Part shown: positions 39,401 through 51,544 of the stretch, in pieces
Position numbering within the stretch: the first letter of the stretch is position 1
How the letters are laid out: each line of letters starts with the position of its first letter
DNA from: Gekko japonicus
Lineage: Eukaryota
Length of the DNA: 64,000 nucleotides
Assembly: GCF_001447785.1 (NCBI RefSeq)
Contig: NW_015173763.1
Coordinates: forward strand, 62,001-126,000
Direction: 5' to 3'
Translations under genes and position numbers: made by a program
The notes under the pieces: model-generated
Database searches by the model: none
Told to the model about the DNA's origin: nothing
What the model saw: only the letters and a program-made list of their open reading frames with translations

Positions 39401-40433
39401 AATTCTTCTGCTGTTTTAAGGAAAGATTTGGGTAATTCATTTCCGTGTTTCCGTGTTTTAGCATTTGATTTCCTATCTATGGCGTTATCGAAAACCGCAT
39501 TGTAGTCTCCCACAATACAGATTTCATCCCAAGAATAGTTTGCTACTGTTTTTCCTAGCTGTTTGTAAAAAGATTCTATATTCTGGTTAGGGGCATAGAT
39601 GTTCACTATCAGAAGTACTTTATTCTGTCTTGAAATTTGTGTTAATACCATTCTTCCGTCTTCTGATTCAAATACCATCTCTGATTGTAGATGTTCTCGC
39701 ACATAAGTAGCTACTCCATTCTTTTTCTTTTCTTTATTTGCCGCCATAAATAGTTTACCTAGGTCCCGGTCACACGGGCAGGAAACCGCGGGGGGGAAGT
39801 GTGGCAGTTTGCCCCGGGGCAAACTAAGGTGCGGTTACCTGATCAGATCTCCCGTGGAGGTACTGTGGAGGTTCCGTTGGAAAGGAGAGGTGCCGATCGC
39901 AGGACAATCCCACGCGCAAAAACGAAGTGCGCGGTGCGGCAAACTGGAAGGTTTTATTTTTGTTTACACCATGACTGCACATGGGCGTTATCGAAAACCG
40001 CATTGTAGTCTCCCACAATACAGATTTCATCCCAAGAATAGTTTGCTACTGTTTTTCCTAGCTGTTTGTAAAAAGATTCTATATTCTGGTTAGGGGCATA
40101 GATGTGCACTATCAGAAGTACTTTATTCTGTCTTGAAATTTGTGTTAATACCATTCTTCCGTCTTCTGATTCAAATACCATCTCTGGTTGTAGATGTTCT
40201 CGCACATAAGTAGCTACTCCATTCTTTTTCTTTTCTTTATTTGCCGCCATAAATAGTTTACCTAATCTATTATTTTCCAGGAAACGTCTATCTTCTATTT
40301 TCAGATGTGTTTCTTGAAGACAAATGATATCAGCCTTTTGTTTTTTTAACTGATGAAAAATTCTGGATCTTTTTTGTGACGAATTTAAGCCATTCACATT
40401 AATAGATATTAGTTTTATACCTTGTTTACTCAT
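36480..40433 (-). pseudogene. L1 ORF2 (APE endonuclease, RT, C-terminal Cys motif), disrupted
   Basis: SINVNGLN, CLQETHL, NIYAPN, GDYN, SRLD, ADHNP, YADD and CWKC...HLWWTC. Interrupted by an insertion/duplication at 39762-40264, an N gap at 38129-38790 and a frameshift near 37120. Confidence 0.92.
39762..39983. mobile_element. One-ended Harbinger-like MITE fragment within the L1 endonuclease
   Basis: Starts ggtcccggtcacacggg, resembling the right end of 11181-11649 in reverse complement. Flanked by 281-bp direct repeats. Confidence 0.65.
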
Positions 40434-41529
40434 TGATATTTTCTTCTGTCCGTTCCTTCTTATCTCTGGGGTTTTGCCTTGTAACCATTAGGAATGGGAA
40501 TTTGGGTCTCTCTTTTCTCTTTTTCAGTTTTGCTTTCGGTCTCTCATCTAACTTACTTGCTGCAAGCTCTTGTTTCTGGGTCTCCTCTTCTGATTCAGAT
40601 GTATTTTCCTCTTCCTCTTCTTCCTCTTGGAATCCTAGATCTTTACCATTTTTCTCCAAAAATTCCTCCAGCTTGAATAATGAGTTTATTTTATACCTTT
40701 TCCCTTTGTAGATGAAGAAGAGCCCTTCCGGTATCAGCCATCTAAACTGTATATTCTGATGTTTCAAAAGCTCTACTAATGTTTGATATTCAAACCTTTT
40801 CTCTCTGACCTTCCATGGGATTTCTCTTAGAATTCTAATCTGAGTCTCGCCAACTTTGAGGGTCTTTTCAGTTGCAGTTTTCAGGATTTTATCTTTTAAA
40901 TCTCTTCTATAAAATTTTATTTGTACTTCTCTAGGTACTTTATTGCGCCTAGCATAGGCGGAATTTACTCTGTATGTAGCTTCTATATCTTTATCAACTT
41001 CTGAGGAGGTTTCCAACTCTAGAAATTCTGTCAATGCCTAGCTCAACTCTTGCCTCAAATCTTCTCCCTTCTTCTCTGGAAAATTCTGTATTCACAATAT
41101 ATAAGAGGCCTTTTCCATTTCTAACCTAATCACAGCTTCTTCCAGATCTTGTTGTTTATCTTTAACTAATTGTAATTTATCTTCTGTGTGATCTGTCCTT
41201 GTTTCTAATTTCTCTGTCCTTTTTACAAGCGCGGCTATCTCTTGTTTATTTTCTATCAATTGTTTTTTAATCTCTTCTGTTTGTGTGGTTAGTTGATTTG
41301 AAATATCATCTAATTTTGAAAGCTCTTCCAGTTTCTTTTGAATTGGCTCAATTGCTTTTGTCATCGCCGCTTCTACTGCCATATTTACAGACTCCTGAAT
41401 TAGAATCTGAAAGTCTTTAGGATTCCACATCGGGGGATTTGAGCCAGGTATTGATACAGACCCCCGCCTTGCAGTTGCCCCTTTTTCTTGTTTTTCCATT
41501 CTATATACCTTTCTATCTTTTCCTAGCAC
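40426..41529 (-). pseudogene. L1 ORF1 with two in-frame stops
   Basis: Coiled coil plus RRM/CTD-type motifs (YRVNS, PREV, FRWLIPEGL). YIL*IQNFPE...ELS*ALTE joins the two ORF-track entries in the same frame. Confidence 0.9.
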
Positions 41530-43377
41530 TCTTCCACACTCTTAGACTCTTATCCTGACAAAATTCTAACCAACATTCAATAACAATCAATATATTTCTC
41601 AGAGTTGGCTCTTTTTCATTGAGATTCTTTAATAAATTTTAATAAATTTTAATAAGTTTTTGTGTGCCTAGCACACGTCTTTACGGCAACTAAGATTACC
41701 TTTTCTCCCTTTTAATAGTTTTAATTTTTCCTTCTTTTTATTAATTATTCTATTTTATATTATTCAATTCAAATACTCCAATGATCATCTTTTTCCCAGT
41801 TCTGTAAATGTACCCAAGCCTTTTTAACAACGGGCTCACCGAGCTATATCACCCTATATTCCTTTTTCCTTATTCCTCCTTGTTTATTCTTATAACCTAC
41901 TAAATCAATATTTATTTTTCCTCTTATATACAAGTGTAGTTATAATTTATAACCCTTTCCAAAGCATCAATCAATTTTAAGTAATTTTAAGTAGTCAATT
42001 CATCAGACAACTCAGGAACTCAGCATAGTCCTTGATTCATTAAACCTTACTAAATCAACTGAATCAATATTTATTTTCCCTCTTATATACAAGTGTAGTT
42101 ATAATTTATAACCCTTTCCAAGACATCAATCAATTTTAAGCAGTTGATCACTTCATCAACATGTCAATTCATCAGACAATTCAGCAACTCAACATAGTCC
42201 TTGATCAGTGAATAGTTCGCTTCTCTCCACCTCTTCTTCCACTGTTCAAACTCACTGTTAAGGCCAAAAAGACCGTGTTCTGAAGCCTTGACTGCTACAT
42301 CACATTGGCTGTTATAGGGAGGCCATTTCAGCAGGGTATAAGGACACAAAGTCCACAATTTTCTTCAGGGGAACTTATCTCTGCCATCTGGAAAGCAGTT
42401 GTAATTCTGAATGATCTCCAGCCCTCACCTGGAGTTTGGCAACAATGGTTCCCCAGGAGGAAAAGTACAGTTTTTCTCTGCAATGGGGACCAAAGCAGCT
42501 TACATCATTCTCCTCTCCCCCTTTTGACTTGCACAACAACCCTGTTTTGCTGACAGAACCAAGCTTGGTTGCCTAGCAATTTTCACAATTTATTCTGACA
42601 GGAAAGTGGCCAAGCTGGCAGTGGGTGGGGGAGGGGGTTATGCTGAAAGTCTGTCACTAGTGCAAAATCACAGCTTCCACAGCAAGAAGCTGGGTCTGGA
42701 AGACCCTATTCTGAAGAACTAACTGCTATGCCTAGGGTAGCCAACCTCCAGGTGGAGCCTGAAAATTGCTGGGTATCACAACTGAACTCCAGACAACAGA
42801 TCTCTTCCCCTCTGAAAAGAATAACTGCTTTGGAGGGTGGGCTCTATGGCATTCTGTTCAGCTGAGGCCTCTGCCTTCCCCAAACTGTGGCTTCCTTAGA
42901 CTGGCTTACTTAGACACATAATATCCAGAAATTTCCCAACCTGGAGCTGGCAGCCCTCGTCAGGACTGGCCCTAATGAGTTCCTCACAAAGGCCTGGAAA
43001 GGGTTTCCTTCCTTTTTCTTTTTACTGACAGAGCCAAGCTTGGTTGCCTACCAACAGCCACTGAGCAAAATGTTAATCCCACAGAGGAGACAAGCATGAG
43101 AAGTGTCTTTGTCAGGAGAGACAGCCACTTGCCAGTTATTCTAACAGGGAACAGTGGCTAAAGTGGGAGTGGGTGGGGAAGAGGAGCAGACCAGCACCCA
43201 GCCAATGACACAAGTACTCTTGAGTGGCGGCTGATGGGCCAATGGCAGATGGGTGCATTGCACAACATCAGATAGAGCTGGGACACATACTTGGAATTTA
43301 AATTATTACTTTTGGGCCTCACTGACAATATAATAGATACTAAGAGTAGTTTTGAATCGATCAGGCAATTAAAACCA

Positions 43378-44263
43378 ATACGCAGATGACACCCAGCTCT
43401 ATCTGATGTTAGGTGGCCGGTCAAGCTCCGACCTAGAAGATCTGAACTGGGCATTAGGGGCCGTGGCTAGGTGGCTCAGGCTGTGCTGGCTGAAACTAAA
43501 CCCAGCAAAGACGGAGGTCCTGTACCTGAGTCGGTGCAGTTCGGGGTTGGGGATCCCTCTCCTGACCTTTGATGGGGCACCGTTGGTGCCAGCGTCAGAG
43601 GTTAGGAGTTTGGGAGTGTTGCTGGATCCCTTCCTAACAATGGTGGCCCAGGTGGCAGCCACTGCGTACCTGAGTCGGTGCAGTTCGGGGTTGGGGATCC
43701 CTCTCCTGACCTTTGATGGGGCACCGTTGGTGCCAGCGTCAGAGGTTAGGAGTTTGGGAGTGTTGCTGGATCCCTTCCTAACAATGGTGGCCCAGGTGGC
43801 AGCCACTGCCAGATCTGCATTTTACAATCTTAGGCATGTTCAGCAGTTGGTTCCCTTCCTCGACCGCGGTGACCTGGCTACAGTGATCCATGTGACAGTC
43901 ACCTCAAGATGGACTACTGTAACACTTTCTACATGGGGCTGCCTTTGTCGCAGATCCAGAAGCTGCAGCTAGTGCAGAACGTGGCGGCCAGGCAGGGCCG
44001 GATTTAGACTTGCTGAGGCCCTAAGCTATACAAAACCCCGAGGCCCCCTACTGTTTTAAATTACATCAGCTGGTCTTAGAAAAATTTAAAATATATACGC
44101 CTTTTTAATATATTGAAATCATTTTTTATATTGTGTTTTTATTTGAGGCCCCAGCAGATTGCGAGGCCCTAAGCTGTAGCTTATTTAGCTTATGCATAAA
44201 TCCGGCACTGCGGCCAGGCTGCTGATGGGTCTCCCCAAGTGGGAGCACATCCAGCCTGGGCTG
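43378..44263 (+). mobile_element. L2 LINE fragment with a perfect 144-bp internal tandem duplication
   Basis: YADDTQL and LKLNPAKTEVL motifs; 43522-43665 is identical to 43666-43809. Confidence 0.9.
43993..44210. mobile_element. hAT (Tip100-like) MITE, 218 bp, 8-bp TSD
   Basis: TIRs cagggccggattta / taaatccggcactg (13/14); TSD cggccagg at 43985-43992 and 44211-44218. Confidence 0.92.
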
Positions 44264-45075
44264 NNNNNNNNNNNNNNNNNNNNNNNNNNNNNNNNNNNNN
44301 NNNNNNNNNNNNNNNNNNNNNNNNNNNNNNNNNNNNNNNNNNNNNNNNNNNNNNNNNNNNNNNNNNNNNNNNNNNNNNNNNNNNNNNNNNNNNNNNNNNN
44401 NNNNNNNNNNNNNNNNNNNNNNNNNNNNNNNNNNNNNNNNNNNNNNNNNNNNNNNNNNNNNNNNNNNNNNNNNNNNNNNNNNNNNNNNNNNNNNNNNNNN
44501 NNNNNNNNNNNNNNNNNNNNNNNNNNNNNNNNNNNNNNNNNNNNNNNNNNNNNNNNNNNNNNNNNNNNNNNNNNNNNNNNNNNNNNNNNNNNNNNNNNNN
44601 NNNNNNNNNNNNNNNNNNNNNNNNNNNNNNNNNNNNNNNNNNNNNNNNNNNNNNNNNNNNNNNNNNNNNNNNNNNNNNNNNNNNNNNNNNNNNNNNNNNN
44701 NNNNNNNNNNNNNNNNNNNNNNNNNNNNNNNNNNNNNNNNNNNNNNNNNNNNNNNNNNNNNNNNNNNNNNNNNNNNNNNNNNNNNNNNNNNNNNNNNNNN
44801 NNNNNNNNNNNNNNNNNNNNNNNNNNNNNNNNNNNNNNNNNNNNNNNNNNNNNNNNNNNNNNNNNNNNNNNNNNNNNNNNNNNNNNNNNNNNNNNNNNNN
44901 NNNNNNNNNNNNNNNNNNNNNNNNNNNNNNNNNNNNNNNNNNNNNNNNNNNNNNNNNNNNNNNNNNNNNNNNNNNNNNNNNNNNNNNNNNNNNNNNNNNN
45001 NNNNNNNNNNNNNNNNNNNNNNNNNNNNNNNNNNNNNNNNNNNNNNNNNNNNNNNNNNNNNNNNNNNNNNNNNNN

Positions 45076-45767
45076 GATGTCCTCACCTACCGAAGAGCTG
45101 ATGCCCTCTCAGCTTGAGGAAACCTTGAAGAAACTCAAACAGTTGGAATGGGCCAGTACCGTGGCGAGGGCAAGACTCACCTGCTCTCCTTTGGCTTTGG
45201 GGTTGTCCCCTCCAGAGAGATTTCCTGACTTTTACTCAACGTTATCAATTCCATCTCACTGCCGTGCCTTTATGCTGGTCCACTTAAATGTATTTCCAAC
45301 AATGGAAACACTGGGAAGATTTGGAGGCCTTCCTTACTCAGATCGCCTTTGTCTGTGCAGTTCTGGTGAAATCGAAACCTTAGATCATCTGATGTTTCGC
45401 TGTCCCCACTGGACTCAAGTTAGAGGCACTTATATCTTTCCTATTCTTATGAAGATGAATCTTCCCGCGCAACCTTGGGTGCTTTCAGTACTGTTATCTG
45501 ACTCTAATGCCATCAAGAAACATTGAAAATTTCAGCATTTCTGAAAACTTCGACTTTTAATCTTCGGATGATTTTAGTCAGTTGGCTCCGCCCCATGTGT
45601 AGTTAGGTAATTTATAATCTCTGGGCTCAGACTGGGTTTTATGTGACTGTGATTATGTACTTTGACACATGTTATGTCTATTTTATGTACCTATTTTATT
45701 CCCCTTTTGTATCCTCTTGGTCAAGACTTTGGTCATATAGACCTGTAATAAATTGAATTGAATATTG
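45076..45767 (+). mobile_element. RTE-X-like LINE 3' portion
   Basis: RLCLCSSGEIETLDHLMFRCP CCHC motif; ends aataaattgaattgaa. Confidence 0.7.
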
Positions 45768-45843
45768 AGACAGTTTCAAGACATGTCAGGCAAACCACTT
45801 CATCCTTGTTCAAAACAAAGAAGTACTCAGTAGTTTGGTGTGA

Positions 45844-46130
45844 AAGCCAGTTTGGTGTAATGGTTAAGTGTACAGACTCTAATCTGGGAGAACCAGGTTT
45901 GATTCCCCACTCCTCCACTTACAGCTGAGCTGCTGGATGACCTTGGGCAAGCCATAGTTCTGTCAGAGCTGTCCTTGAAAAGGCAGTTTCTGTCAGAGCT
46001 CTCTCAGACCACCTTCCTCACTGTTGTGGGGAGGGGAAGGGAAAGGAGCTTGTAAGCCACTCTGTGACTCCTTTGGGTAGTGAAGGGTGGGGTATAAATC
46101 CAATCTCCTCCTCCTCCTCCTCTTCTTCTT
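45844..46130 (+). mobile_element. tRNA-derived SINE (Squam3-like), full length
   Basis: A box tggtgtaatgg, B box ggtttgattcccc, (TCC/TTC)n tail. Confidence 0.88.
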
Positions 46131-47029
46131 CCACCTGGAGCACAGGTTATGCCATTAAGTTGGCTTCAAATTATATGCAGGGTGCACATACACATCACTG
46201 CCTGCCACCAAAGCCTCAATCATGAGAAGCAAAATGGCAGCCGGTAGGAGGGGAACTTGGCTGGAGGAAGATGTAGGAAGGTGAATCCCATAAGCTTCAC
46301 TGCTAAGAGAGTACTCCTTCCCCCTCTACCTAAGGGGCCACTCACCAGTTACTGCAATCCCAAAAACATAAGAAGACTCCTAGCCAGAGTGTGTGGGGGA
46401 GGAGAGACAGAAGCAAGCAAGGCAAGAAATCAGAGCAACCAGCTCTTGTTGAGGAAGGATGAATGCTTTTGCCTGCAGAAGCAACCTCACCAATAACTTT
46501 GGGAGCCACTTTGGGGGAGCCTTCATGGGTCAATCTTCTAGAAATGTTCAGTATGCAAAACACTTTGTATCCTTTTTTTTTGGCAAAAATACCCACCCTT
46601 TTACTGTCCTTTCCCCAGCATTTCTGCAAAAGATTCCTGTACCCATTCACACAACTACTTTTTCTTCCTGACACACATATGTAGCCTTGAACATGGTAAT
46701 GTATGGAGAGGGGAAGTGAAAATCTTAGTGATATGGGTACCTGAACTTTGCTATCTACTGAAAAATGATCCTCTGCTCATCCATCCAGTTTTGCATATTT
46801 TGGTGGATGGAAGGGGGCAACTCTTACACATATCTCTCATTTCAAATTTTGGTTCTCTGGATTAGCCACAATGCAGGGACACAATTTGGGTCAAAAGTAG
46901 CTTGAACTGAATGTTAACTTAAAGTAACACAACTGAAAACAAGGACTACTGGCAAAAATAAGTGTGTGTATTTGTGTGTGTGTTAGCCACTAGATAATTG
47001 ACTATACTGTTGCCATTCAAATAATTTAG

Positions 47030-47278
47030 TCTATTTTATGATGGGCTTCTCCGATTCCTACAAGGTTTACTGCCTTTTGAATGATTCCTCCTCTAATATA
47101 ACTGATAAGGAGGCAAAGTTCTTACAACTCATCATAAAATTGTGCCAGGAGAAACTTCAGAAATAATTGAGAATATTATCTAATTGTACTGTAATATATT
47201 CTTATTTTTATTCCTTTTGTATCTTGTTCATCTTAATTTTTTATATGCCAATAAAGGCTGTTTGGATTGGATTGGATT
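47030..47278 (+). mobile_element. RTE-X-like 3' fragment
   Basis: GFSDSYKVYCLLNDSSSNITDKEAKFL remnant; aataaa followed by a (ttgga)n tail. Confidence 0.55.
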
Positions 47279-48745
47279 AGTCTTGCTATTCTGTACCTGT
47301 ATATTTTTTGCTTCTCTTTAATTTTTTGGTTTTGGTTAGGTCAATAAAGTTATTTTTTCTCATTACGTACCTGCTTCCTCTTGCTGTTTACTACCTTGAG
47401 CAACATAATAAGTGAACCAGGGAACAGTATATGTCCTAGACTCAAAATATCCCCTGGAATCTGGGTTTAGTTTAGAGGATGCTCTTCACATCCTCTTCAG
47501 AGGTGGATAAATTTGGGTAACACTCTGTTTAACATTCATCTTGACACCACCTTCAGACATAGTACAAGAGACGGGAGGTTAATTCTGAGGAAAGAATTGA
47601 ATAAAATTGCTCTAATATATTTGTACATATGGAAATGAAAATTGGTTTTTTTAATCACAGGTGGTCAATCAATTCACATTATTCATATTTTTATAATTAC
47701 AATTATTCAATAAAAATATAGGCAAGCCAGTCTATATTAAAACCTCTCTATGTAAAAATAAAATTTCAAAAGTATGAGCATCTTTCACTTTTTCTAGGAA
47801 AAAGTGTACATTACAAATAAATAAATGAAAATTCTTCCAAGTTCTTTTTTTAAAGTTTGAGATAGTTTGCTGAATCTTAAAACTGTTTACAACTGCTTAT
47901 GTCTGTCATTTGTAACATTTTTCAGTTGTATGTAATAATATTTGAATTTGCATCAGCAATGTTTGTGGATGGTGAATTATTTAGAGGATTGAATCATATG
48001 GCTGGTTCCAGCCAGCTTTTCCACTCAGTCTCAGACAAATTCTCATTGATACTACAGCCCAAGTTCAACATTTTTTCCTCCATGCCAGTCCAATGCTCCC
48101 TGGAATAGGCTTTTGGGATGATCAAATGGGAACCATCCATTGGGGTGTGAACCCCAAAGATGTCATTGGGAATACCACCAGATCTCTATATCACTCTAGC
48201 TCATGTCTAGCTTGTCTAGTTCCCAACAAGTTTAATTGTCTTCACCTCATGCTCCTCTTCTCCTCCATGTCTCAGTTTTCAGTCAATGAAGTATCTAAGG
48301 CACTGGGAAAGGAAGATGGGGAGAGAATAAAAAAGGAAAGAAACAGGGAGACTTGTTTCTCTGATTATGAAAGCTTTCACTCTCTAAAGTTTATACCCCC
48401 AAAATCTTGTTGGTCTCTATGGTGCTATTGCACTCAAATCTAGATGTTGTACTGCCAATAAAGATGGCTACCTTATGAGGGGGAAAAAACCACAACTTGT
48501 TTCTTTATTGAATCCCACATTTCTATTGCACCTTAGTCTAATTTGTTCAGGGCAGCACACATGGATCTTTCTAATGTTCTCCTAGTTGTGAAAGAGTGCA
48601 TTATGGCTTGGTGAAGTTAGTACTTCAAAGTGAAAACTTCATTGGCATATCAAACCAGAGGCAATATAAGAAAATAACATTTTTAAGGCAAAAAAGAAAT
48701 CACATGTTCTTAAAGGATTCCATTGAGAGTTTAGAAGCTGGGTCC

Positions 48746-48777
48746 CCTGTAATTACTAAAAGACTGTATTTCATTCT
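48746..48777 (+). promoter_or_regulatory. Diverged copy of the upstream motif, gene D
   Basis: cctgtaattactaaaagactgtatttcattct aligns to the B and C motif with a 2-nt gap; 352 bp before the ATG. Confidence 0.4.
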
Positions 48778-49097
48778 ATTGCGTCCTAATTCCCGGTAGA
48801 GAGCTCACCAGCAAGTAAAGTCAGTGACACATGGCATATTCTGCTATTCATCTCAGAAATAGGCACAGGCAGAAGTCTATTGGAGTGATTTATGCCACTT
48901 TATATTAGAACTCTTGACTTCAAACCCGTCGGTGCTGGGCTGATCTCTGGTCAGGACACTGTAATCATGGAAACCGATGATTATCTTATTGTAACATAGG
49001 TGGCACACAGGCTAACACTACAGCACCACTAAAGCTGTGTTACTGCTACAGATGCAAACTGGGGAATCAGTTATCAGACAAGAAGTCTGCACTTAGG

Positions 49098-49315
49098 ATG
49101 TTGGTACTGGTGATGGTGGTGTTACTGATTTTGACTCATGTTGTGGGCAAGGTTCGTGTTCTTCAGTGTGCTGGTGTGGATAGCTACCCTATTCTTCATA
49201 AATATCTTCATCCAGGAGATTTGATCATCAGTGCCATTGTATCTCAGACCTTCTTTATCACGAGTCCAAAAGACTTCAAGTGCCAACCTCCTGGCATACT
49301 ATCTGAATTATTCGT
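49098..49315 (+). CDS. V2R gene D exon 1; full gene 867 aa, intact
   Basis: MLVLVMVVLLILTHVVG signal peptide; HKYLHPGDLII; donor GT|gtaagg. Exons sum to 2604 nt with no internal stop. Confidence 0.92.
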
Positions 49316-49599
49316 GTAAGGAATTTACGAATTGGGTGTGGGGGGTGTTATAACATATGCCCAGATTATATTTTCTAACTGTATGATCATATAAGCATTT
49401 ATCACATGTTGTAGTTTCCATTCCTAGGGATGGTGACAGATCACAAATCTGCATCACCATTCCATACAGTGGAGAGGGAGGTCAAAGGCAACCCCAGGCT
49501 TTACTCTAATGGATGAGGTTGCTTGTGATCATAGGCAAATTGAGGATTTGGAGGTGTGATATTTTGATGCCCAAGTATAAAGTGATCATGGTGCTATTA

Positions 49600-50640
49600 C
49601 CAGAATGAGGTTATCATGGTGTTATTACCAGAGGCCTCCTTAGTCCCACATTTTAGACAGGTGGTACATGGTCCAGAAGATTTTTTAGTTTTGGAGAAGT
49701 TTGAATCTAGACCGTATATACATTCAGATGTGCCTGGAATATTATTACAAAAGGAGGCACAGTGGATTTTCAAACTCAAAGCATATGCACCTTAACCACT
49801 CTTTGGAATTATCTTGCTTTCTGTAACTTTCATGTCTCTTATTTTAACATATCTGTGGCTTTAATTCATTATGATTAGAGACAGCTGGAAGCAACAATTG
49901 ATTATTGGTCTCATAGCATAAGACTGGGTTGGGTTAGAGAGGCTTACTGACATTGAATGTTTGGAACTGTTTGCTAGTTAGTTATTGTAAAGGTGCCTTC
50001 TATGAGAAAGTTATATTTAGACTTCTTGTCAAGTGGAATATTGCTGCATGTCATTAATTATTATTAGTAATAATAATTATGTATATGTTGTGAGATGAGT
50101 TCTTGATTTTGTGTAGTTTTGACAGTCGTTATTGAAGCAGTTGTTCGGGGCAGACACCTTGTTTTGAACGCTGTTTAGAAATCATATCGGGAGCAACATT
50201 GTCTTCGTGACTTGTTAAACAAAAGTGTCTCTGTGACATATATTTGGACTGTATTTGTAGACTTAAGAAAGATGTCAAGCAATCTGATGACAGAATGTTG
50301 TACCGTTTACTGGCTTTACAAAACATAGTGGTTATTGAAGCGGTGGCTAAGTTCTGTAACTGCCTTATAATGAGGAAGCTGTGTGTTAAATCAATGAAAT
50401 GAAGGGTGACCGTTTATGATTCTGATCTATGCCAATAAAGGTTTTTAATTGAATAGAATTGTATTTGTAGACAGGAATAACATCATCTTTGTGATTTTTA
50501 TATTTTGACTGTGATACAAAAGTGTTTTTGTAACATAAATTTGGACTGTATTTGTAAATTGTTTCTGCTGACACACCTTGTATATTTGGACTATATGTCA
50601 TTTTGTAATTAGTTTTCATGAATAACAGAATATACAGAAA
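49600..50640 (+). mobile_element. Penelope-like (GIY-YIG) 3' remnant
   Basis: LVPHFRQVVHGPEDFLVLEKF...LLQKEAQWIFKLKAYAP resembles the C-terminus of Penelope/Neptune endonucleases. The downstream extent is approximate. Confidence 0.6.
50263..50459 (+). mobile_element. RTE-X-like 3' fragment with 13-bp TSD
   Basis: TSD tgtatttgtagac at 50250-50262 and 50460-50472; SDDRMLYRLL...EAVAKFC; aataaa tail. Confidence 0.7.
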
Positions 50641-51252
50641 ACTTGTTTAACTTTATTGTGGAGTGTAATAGTGCCTCGCATCACAGGAACATTCTTTCTG
50701 GTACTGTCACATTACCCTATGATTTCCTTCATTCTTTTTTCTTATCATGGTCCTGTTTCATCTAGAAACCAGATGAGATCAATAAAAATGTATTTATTTA
50801 CTCCATGTAATTATTAACAAATGAAAATAAGAACCAGTTGTACTCACACATGGTTGTCCAGTGTCATCATTTGGGGGGGGGGGATGCCAGAAGAAAAGAA
50901 GATTAATTTTACCTGAATACATTCAGTAGTTCTAGGTCTATGAGTAAATGTCTGTCTGTCTATTCACATTCAAATGTGATACTGAGGTTGGGAAGCAGGA
51001 TGTAATTGAAAGAGATAAAGCCCATTATTTCTGGGCTCTGGACCATAACAATGATGCCATTCATTCTTACCACATAGATCAATCATATCCCAGTATTACA
51101 CACAGAGAAGAGCCTTGAATAATAATAACCACACAAAATAGTGTGTAGAGATTTACAAAGTGATAGCAGTAAAACAAGCCATATAGTTAGTGCTGTTAAT
51201 TTTGCAAACTAAATAATATATGTGTGATGCAAAATATAAATCTTAATTGTAG

Positions 51253-51544
51253 GTTGATGCCTCAAAACTACCAGCACATCCTGGCTCTGGTCTTTGCTAT
51301 CAAGGAGATCAATGAAAATCCAAGGATTTTGCCAAATACCAGTCTAGGATTCCATATCTATGACAGCTATCTGAATCCAAGATTGACCTATCGTGCAGCT
51401 CTGCAACTTATTTCTCCAAGGAACAGATTTGTCCCCAACTACAGGTGTGATATCCAGGACAATGTACAAGCAGTTATTGAGGACATTCATTCAGATAATT
51501 CACAACTTATCCATGATCTTTTGAACATCTACAAGATTCCACAG
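51253..51544 (+). CDS. V2R gene D exon 2
   Basis: 292 bp, tag|G TTG ATG...CAG|gtaggc. Confidence 0.95.

Larger units (their letters stand above)
36278..42275 (-). mobile_element. Near-full-length L1 (~6 kb) with 14-bp TSD
   Basis: TSD tgttctgaagcctt at 36264-36277 and 42276-42289; 5'UTR, ORF1, ORF2 and A-rich tail. Confidence 0.93.
35283..43337 (-). mobile_element. Non-autonomous Helitron (~2.0 kb), split by an L1 insertion
   Basis: Minus strand: a|TC start at 43337 and CTAG|t end at 35283, preceded by an 8-bp-stem hairpin CTCGTTGT-N10-ACAACGAG. No TSD. Second copy at 3596. The 5' end is less certain. Confidence 0.65.

Noticed and set aside
38089-45526. Long ORF-track entries filled with X (also 6066-6356 and 57464-57649)
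   Set aside because: Artefacts of N gaps at 6139-6178, 38129-38790, 44264-45075 and 57468-57606. The flanks of the 44264 gap belong to different LINE clades, so there is no fusion ORF.
45844-45920. tRNA gene
   Set aside because: It is the head of a multi-copy SINE.
50281-50405. Hammerhead ribozyme core (ctgatga...gaaa) near the Penelope remnant
   Set aside because: It falls within the coding remnant of a TSD-flanked RTE-X-like insert, and I could not build the supporting stems.
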